From assembly GCA_951812545.1 (NCBI GenBank), contig OX638317.1, positions 2,297,848 to 2,361,847 of the forward strand: a stretch of 64,000 bases of DNA. The letters run 5' to 3'. Position numbers and translations under genes: made by a program. Numbering within the stretch: the first letter of the stretch is position 1; each line of letters begins with the position of its first letter. This document shows, one piece after another, positions 47,097-55,562 of this stretch. This stretch comes from an uncultured Latescibacterota bacterium. Lineage in GTDB: Bacteria > Latescibacterota > UBA2968. The notes beneath the pieces are model-generated. The model had not been told where the DNA came from and searched no databases. It saw only the letters and a list, made by a program, of their open reading frames with translations.

Positions 47097-48431
47097 TCAC
47101 AAGCGATTGCTCCGCATTTGATGGAGTTCTTGCGCAACTACGTCAAACGGTAATTTAAAAAAGTTGAACTGCCCATAGAGCCTTTGTAGAAGGGGATGAA
47201 GAACCTCAGCAAGATTGTCTTGTATCTGTTGCTGAGTGATCTGCCCCGTTAATATGACTTCATCTGTACTAATGGGATAGGCCCCAGAGAGTAATCGTTC
47301 TGAGTGCTGATGCCCCGTTTCAAGAAATCGCCCCTTCAGCCCCGTAAAACGGCAGTGAAGAGCAATTTGATCAACCTCTTCGAATGTTTCCGCAAAGCGG
47401 CTTGCAAATAACAATCCCTCGCCAATACGCCAAATCGGTAAAGGGATATAAAACGCACGACCAGGAGTAATGTCCCGTCTATCTTCAAGGTATCCGCGGA
47501 TGGTGTAGAGTTTTCCATCGAGAGAAGCCCGCCAGAAATCGCAAATGTGCGGATTTCCAGATGTCTGTCTATAGTATGGTCGCCCAAGCCATGATTCTAC
47601 AAAAACATCCAAAGGATATGGCCTCAATTCTGAGTTTTGTATCTCCAAGAATGGTGTCCATCCCGACAATTTGACCTGTCTCGCGATACTAAGCCGATTT
47701 CGAAGTTCGTCAAAGCCACTCATCGGTGTCGCTTCGACTAAAGAAAAAGCCATCTCGTAGTAGCCGTGCGGAAATCTCGCTGGAGAGTCATCAGGCGCAT
47801 CTAACACCAATTCCTCCCAACGATCATGGGCTGCGGTGGAGTAATCTCGGAGATCTTCAAGTACACTTGGCCTTGAGTCTTGCAGTTCTACGCGCCCCGT
47901 CATAATTGAGCGAATCGCTTCCAGCATATCGTCTCGGTTAGCCCTCAAGCAGCGATTAAACAAATTACGCCATTCTTCTGATGTCCGAGGTTCCTCGCTT
48001 TCTGGACCTGGCTTTCGAATATAGCAACGGTTTAGGGCAATGACTCCTGGACACTGGTTCTTGCTCATCACAGGTACAGTAACCGTGCCGGGGACAATGA
48101 CTACTGGATGCGACACACTCGTATCTGGGTGCAATACATTGTACATCTCACAGTGAAACCTTGGCTCGGCATATCGGCGTATTGCCGCGTTTACAGAGTC
48201 TTGTGTGATCTCGGGTATTTCCTTCGGACATGGCCCTGACACAAGGGTTTGGCCCTGATCTGCAAAGCCAATGACGATGCGCCCACCACCATGGTTGGCC
48301 AATGCGATCGCGGCCTTCGCGAGTGTTGCCCTATGCTTGTTATTCGTCAGATCTAACCAATCCTTGTACTCAGCATCAAGGTCTTCTCTCGGTTCAGTAA
48401 TAAACGGCTGTAGTTCTTCGATTGAAGCCAT
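47097..48431 (-). CDS. Schlafen/AlbA_2-domain protein with an uncharacterised C-terminal domain
   Basis: I chose the start at MASIEELQ (ATG 48431). The N-terminus (REDLDAEYKDWLDL...AAIALANHGGGRIVIGFADQG) fits the AlbA_2 consensus (E-x-L-E-F-K ... NT-GG-x-IxxG). There is no HATPase or wHTH tail. Confidence 0.7.
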   Translation of the reverse strand: MASIEELQPFITEPREDLDAEYKDWLDLTNNKHRATLAKAAIALANHGGGRIVIGFADQGQTLVSGPCPKEIPEITQDSVNAAIRRYAEPRFHCEMYNVLHPDTSVSHPVVIVPGTVTVPVMSKNQCPGVIALNRCYIRKPGPESEEPRTSEEWRNLFNRCLRANRDDMLEAIRSIMTGRVELQDSRPSVLEDLRDYSTAAHDRWEELVLDAPDDSPARFPHGYYEMAFSLVEATPMSGFDELRNRLSIARQVKLSGWTPFLEIQNSELRPYPLDVFVESWLGRPYYRQTSGNPHICDFWRASLDGKLYTIRGYLEDRRDITPGRAFYIPLPIWRIGEGLLFASRFAETFEEVDQIALHCRFTGLKGRFLETGHQHSERLLSGAYPISTDEVILTGQITQQQIQDNLAEVLHPLLQRLYGQFNFFKLPFDVVAQELHQMRSNRL

Positions 48432-48637
48432 ATTTACCCTTCTTTGGATTCTGTACAACCTGGTAATCAATCATCTGTAATAGGTTCTGCGACCACTGTG
48501 GATACATGCATACGGCTTGTCTGGACCACGCGCGATGGAAGCCGCGCGAAGCAAAGCACAAGGGCACCGTACGCACTCCGGTGGCGCGAGATAACGGAGA
48601 TTTCGTTAGAGGGCGGGGCAGGTGGTGGTCGTGGGAC

Positions 48638-49738
48638 CTACGAGGGATCAGACCCACACTCTCGGCAGGGTTGCTCTTCCTGCTCCAAGAGCTTAACCAC
48701 TGATGACGCGACCCAACGATCTGAAACTTGTAGCTGCCGCCAATCTGTAGACGACTGTGGTTGGACCTTTATTTGACTACAATCGTTCTCGTGGATCACC
48801 GCCAACGCTTCATCAAAAACGATAATCGCGGGCGATGGGGCCATTGCTGCCTCGGCGGGGACAATGACCCCCGCTCCCGGCTCTAGTGTCCTCGCGACAT
48901 CGGCGATCATCTCCGGACTGACGGACGCGACAGCGAGCCCCATCTCCAATGAATGCGGGTTTATCTCGATCTGCATATTATTCAGGTGCTGCACTAAGTG
49001 GATTACATTATTGGCCGTGAGGCTCAAGTTACCCCGTTGGAGACCTAAGACATTGACCAAAGTCTTACCGTTTTGGAAGAAGTCATCTTCGGCTTTCTTA
49101 CTACGATGAATGATCCAATTCCTGAGTAATCGCCACTCCCCCATCAGGTCAGCTTTTACATGGTGGGGGTCCACTTTCATGGCAGATGCGATCTTCGGTC
49201 GAATGGTCTCTTCCCACAGGTGATACGTAGAGACGACAAATGAGTTGGCATAGAGACGCTCGAAGTCGCCAGCATCGGCGATCGACTCGATAACTTCCTC
49301 CGCAGGCATCTCAGCGAGCACAGCGGCCTCTCTGCCGTCCGGGCGCAATGTAGTGACTCTAAGAGGCTCGCCTCGGCTGGCTAGGCGCTCTAGGTGTTCC
49401 CGCATAGCCGTTCGACTAGCCATGATGCCCACAAACCAGGTCGTCATCATCTGGCACTCTCGCGAGAACATCCGCATTGCGCTGTCGATTTCATCCTTAG
49501 ATTCGTTGCTGACCGGCGGTATACCCGTGTACATGAGAGTCAACATACCACTAGGCAAACCTATTTGGCGCATCACCGTAGCAGGTGATATGTCTCCTCC
49601 AATCCAGGTCCATTTTGTGCTCTTGCCGTCGCCACAATCAGGACATGCAATGGCGGGGCTTCCCTTTTCGAAGTCGTGTGTATGCCCACAGTCGGCACGA
49701 TAGGTACCTGGGAAAGAAAATTTTTTGCTGTCTGACAC
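48638..49738 (-). CDS. Zn-ribbon protein with a HEPN-like R-N-x3-H motif
   Basis: The GTG start is preceded by a strong AAAGGAGGGGG RBS. The N-terminal segment CGHTH...CPDCG (C17/H19, C32/C35) is ribbon-like. The central motif is EWRLLRNWIIHRSK (R206-N-W-I-I-H211). There is a C-terminal CRECG. Confidence 0.55.
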   Translation of the reverse strand: MSDSKKFSFPGTYRADCGHTHDFEKGSPAIACPDCGDGKSTKWTWIGGDISPATVMRQIGLPSGMLTLMYTGIPPVSNESKDEIDSAMRMFSRECQMMTTWFVGIMASRTAMREHLERLASRGEPLRVTTLRPDGREAAVLAEMPAEEVIESIADAGDFERLYANSFVVSTYHLWEETIRPKIASAMKVDPHHVKADLMGEWRLLRNWIIHRSKKAEDDFFQNGKTLVNVLGLQRGNLSLTANNVIHLVQHLNNMQIEINPHSLEMGLAVASVSPEMIADVARTLEPGAGVIVPAEAAMAPSPAIIVFDEALAVIHENDCSQIKVQPQSSTDWRQLQVSDRWVASSVVKLLEQEEQPCRECGSDPS

Positions 49739-50316
49739 TTATTACCCCCTCCTTTAGTCTGTACGGATGACTAGTTGCTTTGATTATAGCCATTTACTCA
49801 GGCCTAAAATTACATTAAGAGTCTATTTATTAAGATATTAAGTGTTTTGAGTTCAATGGCGATTTCCATGCCAAATGACCCACTAGTAATGCTAGTATGT
49901 TCACATTGGTTTCTTCTAAATCATAGTCATAAATGCGATAATTGCAACTTTTATTATTCGCATTTGTCGCCTCAGGGATGTGGCATATTACGATGATTGT
50001 GCATGCGGTTCGATAGCGATTGATCGATCAAATATACCAACGGTTTTGAGTGCTGATGTCAATAGTCCAATGTAGTTTTCTTAGACCCAGTCGGCAACCA
50101 TCTGATCCGGGGCGTCAAAGACAACCGATGTATCTCTGATCCCGGCGATGAAAAGCGGCTTAAACTAACTCTCATAAGACTGAAGGAGAATCTTCTCCCC
50201 TATATTTTTTAACACCTTTTCCCATACGTCTCTGTGTGGGGGACGCCGCATGGTAAACCTGTTTTCTACCTCGATAAAGTCAGACCATGTTCTTCAACCC
50301 TGTCGGGATTGACACA

Positions 50317-51189
50317 CTAAAAGCGGGAAACTTTCAAAGTTTCCATCAGATATCTACAGTTGATCCCCATTTTGTCGTCAACTGAACCTTCGCCTTCGTT
50401 TGGACGCGGGGGATCGAGATCGAGCGTGATCCATCCGTCGTAGCCTCGCGCATTCAGCATGGCCCAAATCGCAGGGTGATCGACGCCGCCGGACCCCAAA
50501 TTTTTGTACAAAATTTCCTCCGCGTGCATCTCCTTCGTCGGTGTCGGGCCAGTATAACCGCGATACGACGCCTTCGAATCCTTCCAGTGGACGGCGGCCA
50601 GTCGGTCGTAATAATCGTCGATGAGCTGAACGGGATCGCCTCCTCCGAGGTTGAGCTGTGCGGTGTCGGGAATCCAGGACACGACATCTGGGTCGGTCTG
50701 ATCAAGAAGGGCGCGAACTTCCTCAGGCCGCTCAATCGGCCCCCAGATATGCGGGTGTGGCGCGATCGTCACACCCATCTCAAGCGTTCGCTTGCCGAGT
50801 TCTGACACAGTTTCTGAGATCGCTTTGATGTCATCCGCGGTTGTTCCGTTTTGCGGGCGGCTCCCCATGTTGATCTTGAAGTGCGTGCAGCCAAAGATCT
50901 TCAGGAAATCGCGGCAAAAGGCGACGTGGTCGGCGATTGTTTCCTGACGTTTTGACCGATCGATGAATTCCATCGACTGACCGGGCCCGCCGTTCGAAGC
51001 GGTAATGAGCCGAATACCGCGCTCGTCGAGGAGAGCCTTCAGAGCTTGCGGGTCGTCGAGCCAGGCGATCAGGCCACTGCGGTAAGGTTCGACGCCCGGC
51101 AGACCGTGCTTAGCGATCAGTGCCGCAGATTCAGCGGTGAAGGCTCCAAAAATGGCGCCGCCCATAGCAAAGTGGATGTTTGATGACAC
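50317..51189 (-). CDS. Sugar phosphate isomerase/epimerase (xylose-isomerase-like TIM barrel)
   Basis: This is a 290-aa ORF with family-typical segments HFKINMG, IAPHPH, VHWKD and GYDGWITLDLD. It contains the right copy of the 36-bp repeat. Confidence 0.78.
   Translation of the reverse strand: MSSNIHFAMGGAIFGAFTAESAALIAKHGLPGVEPYRSGLIAWLDDPQALKALLDERGIRLITASNGGPGQSMEFIDRSKRQETIADHVAFCRDFLKIFGCTHFKINMGSRPQNGTTADDIKAISETVSELGKRTLEMGVTIAPHPHIWGPIERPEEVRALLDQTDPDVVSWIPDTAQLNLGGGDPVQLIDDYYDRLAAVHWKDSKASYRGYTGPTPTKEMHAEEILYKNLGSGGVDHPAIWAMLNARGYDGWITLDLDPPRPNEGEGSVDDKMGINCRYLMETLKVSRF
50584..50619. repeat. Right copy of the 36-bp direct repeat (inside the TIM-barrel gene)
   Basis: CCAGTGGACGGCGGCCAGTCGGTCGTAATAATCGTC encodes DDYYDRLAAVHW on the minus strand. 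Confidence 0.9.
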
Positions 51190-51244
51190 GATGATCTCCT
51201 GTTTGGTGATGTTGTGTATCTGGGGTGCTTTCCCTGTATCGGAT

Positions 51245-52471
51245 TCACCCCCAAACCCCCGTCGCCGTCCCCTGCACCGGAAACGCTGCCCTCAGCATAG
51301 CCACATTCTCCCTCTCTCCTACCACGACCTGCTCCACCGGCACCAACCCCAGCACCATCTTCATCACCCCATCCTGCCCGAGCTCCACCCAATCCCCTTT
51401 TCCTTCTCCCACCGTCAACCGCTCCCCATCCCACGCCAATCCAACCGTCTCTCCCCGCACGCGAAGACCGACCTCGCCCGTCGCCTGTTCCGCCATCCGC
51501 AGCCGCTCTGTCAGTTCCCCCACAATCGCCTCAAGCAACCCCCTCAGACTCAGCACCTGCAGCATGTTCCCGCCTTCCGACGACTGCCAGAGCGACGGCA
51601 CGAACCCGCAGCTCGAATCCCGATACAGATCGTATAGCGACGGGTCCAGCGGCAGCCGCGCCCTGACCGATTCCGCCCCCGCGATCGCCGCCTGACGCAG
51701 AACGTATCGCAGCGTTGCTCCAAGCGGTCGCGTATCACCCGGATCGCACGCCCCGTCGGAGATCGACACCGACGACGAAAACCGCGTATGAGGCGGCGCG
51801 TTCTGTGACGCGAAAACGTAGGCCCGGACTGCTCCGCCCACCTCATATACCACCCGCCACGGGTTCCCGGCACCCGCCCCAAACAACCGCGCTGGCTCAG
51901 CCCCCGTCCGCCCCGCATTAAACGCCGCGTAAAGCGCCTCGCACGCCGCCGCATCCCGACGTCCGTCGTACGCCCGAATCCGCGCATCCTCCTCTGGCCG
52001 ATCCAGATAGCTCACCGGATCGGTGAACCCGCCCCGCGACGTCAATCCCCGCAGCGGGAAGTCGATGTAGCCCCTCGGAAACGGCACCCATCCGAACCGC
52101 TCGTAGAACCGCCGATACCCGCCCAACCGCGACAGGGGATACCCGTCCGCCTTCAACTGCCCCACCACCATCTTCATCAACGCCGTCCCAAGCCCCTCCC
52201 CCTGACAACTCGGCGCGATACACACCTCCCCCACATCCGCCTTGGCCACGACCGCCTGCCCCACCTGAATCTCCTCCCGCCGAACATGCGCCGCCCCGAC
52301 GATCTCCCCCTCTCGCACAAGCACCCAATGCGCGTCAGTCTCCCTCGTAATTCTCTCCTTGTCGCGCTCATACTTCTCCGATCCCGGCGCCCTCCCAAAT
52401 GCCTGCGCCATTACGCGAAGGACCTCCTCCACATCCCCCACCATCGCTCGTCTGAACTCAATCTCACTCAT
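51245..52471 (-). CDS. Eis-like GNAT N-acetyltransferase with a C-terminal SCP2-like domain
   Basis: This is a 408-aa ORF. It has a GNAT core (CIAPSCQGEGLGTALM), a second GNAT-like domain and a C-terminal tail, which is the Eis architecture. Confidence 0.7.
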   Translation of the reverse strand: MSEIEFRRAMVGDVEEVLRVMAQAFGRAPGSEKYERDKERITRETDAHWVLVREGEIVGAAHVRREEIQVGQAVVAKADVGEVCIAPSCQGEGLGTALMKMVVGQLKADGYPLSRLGGYRRFYERFGWVPFPRGYIDFPLRGLTSRGGFTDPVSYLDRPEEDARIRAYDGRRDAAACEALYAAFNAGRTGAEPARLFGAGAGNPWRVVYEVGGAVRAYVFASQNAPPHTRFSSSVSISDGACDPGDTRPLGATLRYVLRQAAIAGAESVRARLPLDPSLYDLYRDSSCGFVPSLWQSSEGGNMLQVLSLRGLLEAIVGELTERLRMAEQATGEVGLRVRGETVGLAWDGERLTVGEGKGDWVELGQDGVMKMVLGLVPVEQVVVGERENVAMLRAAFPVQGTATGVWG

Positions 52472-52602
52472 TTCTCACAGGTATCCTGATTATTGAGCTC
52501 TATTTTGTTTATTTGCGAGGGGATTATCAATTGCTTTACCAGACAAGGTTTCACCTTTTGTCGTGTCGTGCTCAGGCCATTGTATGATATTGGGTTTGGC
52601 GT

Positions 52603-54060
52603 TCACGCTTCCCTTCTCTTGACTTTAACAGCCCCTGCAAAAGGTTCTTTTCCATCTTCCCATTTTCTACCCACAGGCCGCAACTGGCCATAACCCTTCA
52701 CATTGTATATGCGGCCATCGATATCTGGAATCACGTATTCCTCAAACCATGTTTCCATCTCTCCTTTGAGATCTTTCACGCGATCAGTCTGTGCCGGGTC
52801 ATCAATTAAATTGTTGCGATCATCGGGATCATTCACAACATCATAAAGCTCATTTGGTCCATCTGGATAACGATGGATATATTTCCACTCGGCGGTCCGA
52901 ATCATCCTGCAATAACCATACTCATCGTAAATGACAACACTGTCACGACCTTTTGCACACTCATTTTTCAACACGGGAAGAAACGATTGTCCTGGCAAAT
53001 TCGTATCGGGTATCGGAAGATCAACATAGTCCAAAAACGTGGGCAAAACATCATAAGCCGAAGCCATCGCCGATTGCACCGTGCCTTCTGGAATCACACC
53101 CGGGTGCGTAGCCAGGAAAGGCACCTTAATCGAATTCTCATACATATTCACCGGATCGGTTCCATTGCCTTTACCCCAAAACCCATGTTGCCCGCACGAA
53201 TACCCATTGTCAGAGGTAAACACCACAAGCGTATTTTCGCGCAACCCCTTTTCTTCAAGCTTGTCCAAAATCCGCCCCACATCCAGATCCATCGCTGTCA
53301 CCGCCGCAAAATATCCCTTCAAACTTTCGCGCTGTCCCAGATTATTGCTCAGCCCTCTCATTGACCGGGCTGGCAGATCTGCATCATCCTTAGGCACCTT
53401 TGCCCATGGATGGCGTGGTTCCTGTGGACACGTATCAAACGCACAGTCATCATAAGAATCCACAATATCCTGAGGATGACCGATCCACGGCGCGTGTGGC
53501 GCAGTATAATGAACACTCAGATAAAATGGATTTTCATCTTCTGCGTGAGCATCGATATATTCAAGCGCATCATCCGTAATCACATTCGTCACATAACCGG
53601 GCACAACCTCTGTCACACCATCGCGTATCATACTCTGATCATTATAAACTCCCGCCCCACCAGGATGCGCAAACCAGTGAGAAAATCCACATTGCGGAAG
53701 AGATGAATTGCCCAAATGCCACTTGCCCGACAGACCACATGCCCACCCATTGTCAGCCAAAACATTTGTATAACAAACTTCACCATCGAGAAAACTCTGT
53801 CCTGTAGTCCCAAAATTGGCCTGCCCCCCAATAAAATCGTGAACGCCGTGCTGAGACGGAATCCGCCCGGTCAAAAAAGAAGCCCGGCTGGCCGAACACA
53901 CCGGAATCGTCACAAAGAAATTCTCAAACCGCACGCCTGTTGCCGCCATGCGGTCGAGATTTGGCGTTCGAATTTCTGCATTGCCATAACAACCCGCCGC
54001 CCAAACAGCCATGTCATCGGCGAGAATAAAAACGATATTGGTTTTTTCTAAAGCCGACAT
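52603..54060 (-). CDS. Sulfatase (arylsulfatase A family), no signal peptide, C-x-A-x-R variant
   Basis: It has ILADDMA and the active-site segment CSASRASFLTGR, with Ala in place of the canonical Pro. No leader peptide is present. Confidence 0.85.
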   Translation of the reverse strand: MSALEKTNIVFILADDMAVWAAGCYGNAEIRTPNLDRMAATGVRFENFFVTIPVCSASRASFLTGRIPSQHGVHDFIGGQANFGTTGQSFLDGEVCYTNVLADNGWACGLSGKWHLGNSSLPQCGFSHWFAHPGGAGVYNDQSMIRDGVTEVVPGYVTNVITDDALEYIDAHAEDENPFYLSVHYTAPHAPWIGHPQDIVDSYDDCAFDTCPQEPRHPWAKVPKDDADLPARSMRGLSNNLGQRESLKGYFAAVTAMDLDVGRILDKLEEKGLRENTLVVFTSDNGYSCGQHGFWGKGNGTDPVNMYENSIKVPFLATHPGVIPEGTVQSAMASAYDVLPTFLDYVDLPIPDTNLPGQSFLPVLKNECAKGRDSVVIYDEYGYCRMIRTAEWKYIHRYPDGPNELYDVVNDPDDRNNLIDDPAQTDRVKDLKGEMETWFEEYVIPDIDGRIYNVKGYGQLRPVGRKWEDGKEPFAGAVKVKRREA

Positions 54061-54078
54061 AAAGACCGCCTCCTCTGC

Positions 54079-55542
54079 TTATTCAGATCTTCGTCCGCGC
54101 AGTTCAATCTGGTCGAGAATGATCTCTGAATGACGATCGATGAAGATAAAAGAGAAGCGGACATTGCTGACCGATTCGGCAGCATGTTCGTACTCGAGTT
54201 CGTATTTTTTCAGTTTGCTATCCACAGTTATTTCTTCAGAAGTCCAGATGACGGGGTCATTTTCGGGGGCGTGACCAAGCTGAATCTGCAACCGCGCAGT
54301 ACCGACTTCGCATCTCGCGTAAAACGAGATCCGATATATGCTGCTTTCCCGGAGTTGGATAGTGTACTTATTTGCCTGCACCTTTCCCCTTACGCGAAAC
54401 TTCCAGTCCGGCTCATATTGCTGATAGAGCGACGGTATCACCCCGCGCCCCACATCGGGGTCAAAGGTAAAAGGCACATGCACTCTGATGGCCCGTGTTC
54501 CATCTACACCTTGTCCGTCAGCAGTCCCCTTGATGGCATATTCGGATGAATTCCAGTCTGCCAAATCGAGCTGAAAGTCCGGATTGACAATCTGGTTGGT
54601 AGGCGGGACTTTGGCCAGCGGTTCTTTTCCGGTCAGGTTTTTTACCACACCTTCAACACCTGCAAATCCCCATTCTGAATTATACAGTCCGTAGGGCCAG
54701 GCATTATTGAATACACCACAGTAATACGACCATTCAATATTTCTTTTGGCAAGCTCAGGTACCATAAAGCCCGTGTATTCTTCAACATGCTTTATTTGAT
54801 GATTAAGACGTGCGCCCCATTCACTGAGATAGACCTTTTTGTTATGTTTTTTTGACCACGCATCGGCTTCTTCTAAATCTGCAAGGATGGTTTCTCTCCA
54901 GCCTGGATGATCTTTGTTGATATCCTGGTCTATTGCACCGTGGGTAAAAGGTTTGGGGTAATAGCAATGAAAGACGCCCCAAATATTGGGGTCATCGGCA
55001 AAACCGGTTCCACCCCGGAGCGTATATGAAAGATACTCTGGTGTTACATATTTCGTGAGCAGCTGCACGCCATTAAAATGCGGCCCACCAACGGCTATCA
55101 ATCTCGTTGGATTTGACCGGCGAATTTCCTGGATACACGCTGAATACCATTCCATGGTTTCAGCTTCTTCTCCGTCGGGATGTCCTGCCATTTTGGGTTC
55201 GTTAAATGCTTCAAAAATCACCTCAGCAGGATAGTCTCTATAATATTCCGCAACTTCACCCCACCACTGTACAAGGCTTTCTTTTCCCCAACAATACATT
55301 GAAAAAGGAACAACGACGATCTTTAAGCCGAGTTCCAACGCATCGTCAACTGCCGGTTTATAGAATTCCGGATTCCAGCCTTGTTTAATAAAGAAACGGA
55401 CGGAATCAAATCCGGCTTCTTTGAACGCAATATAAAAGCCTTTATCATAGGCTACTTTGTTTACTTCGGTAGCGGTAAAATCGGTATTGACACCTTTGCC
55501 GAGCGTTAAAGATCTGTTTTGTTCTGTGAAGTCCTGTGTCAT
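54079..55542 (-). CDS. GH5-like glycoside hydrolase with a C-terminal beta-sandwich domain
   Basis: It has FEAFNEPK (acid/base) and VYLSEWG (nucleophile). There is no obvious signal peptide. The architecture parallels 28298..29851. Confidence 0.7.
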   Translation of the reverse strand: MTQDFTEQNRSLTLGKGVNTDFTATEVNKVAYDKGFYIAFKEAGFDSVRFFIKQGWNPEFYKPAVDDALELGLKIVVVPFSMYCWGKESLVQWWGEVAEYYRDYPAEVIFEAFNEPKMAGHPDGEEAETMEWYSACIQEIRRSNPTRLIAVGGPHFNGVQLLTKYVTPEYLSYTLRGGTGFADDPNIWGVFHCYYPKPFTHGAIDQDINKDHPGWRETILADLEEADAWSKKHNKKVYLSEWGARLNHQIKHVEEYTGFMVPELAKRNIEWSYYCGVFNNAWPYGLYNSEWGFAGVEGVVKNLTGKEPLAKVPPTNQIVNPDFQLDLADWNSSEYAIKGTADGQGVDGTRAIRVHVPFTFDPDVGRGVIPSLYQQYEPDWKFRVRGKVQANKYTIQLRESSIYRISFYARCEVGTARLQIQLGHAPENDPVIWTSEEITVDSKLKKYELEYEHAAESVSNVRFSFIFIDRHSEIILDQIELRGRRSE

Positions 55543-55562
55543 CTGTATCTCCTGTAATGGAT

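Larger units (their letters stand above)
37254..50316 (-). other. Defense-type genomic island (all ORFs on the minus strand)
   Basis: The functional theme changes abruptly from catabolism to conflict-type domains. Both edges are non-coding and rich in debris. The core at 42.1-46.9 kb is AT-rich. A 36-bp direct repeat sits at 37270 and at 50584. Confidence 0.65.

Noticed and set aside
50081-50161. A minus-strand 26-aa protein-like stub (KPLFIAGIRDTSVVFDAPDQMVADWV*) lies in the right border of the island.
   Set aside because: It is bounded by a TAG two codons upstream, is very short, and cannot be assigned to a family. I note it only as possible debris.
51137-52398. Several 70-170-aa ORFs on both strands lie inside the GNAT (Eis-like) gene region, for example 51137..51637, 51225..51695, 51550..51987 and 51918..52328.
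   Set aside because: They have Pro/Arg/Gly-rich low-complexity translations typical of off-frame reading of a GC-rich gene. The 408-aa minus-strand frame has the GNAT motifs.
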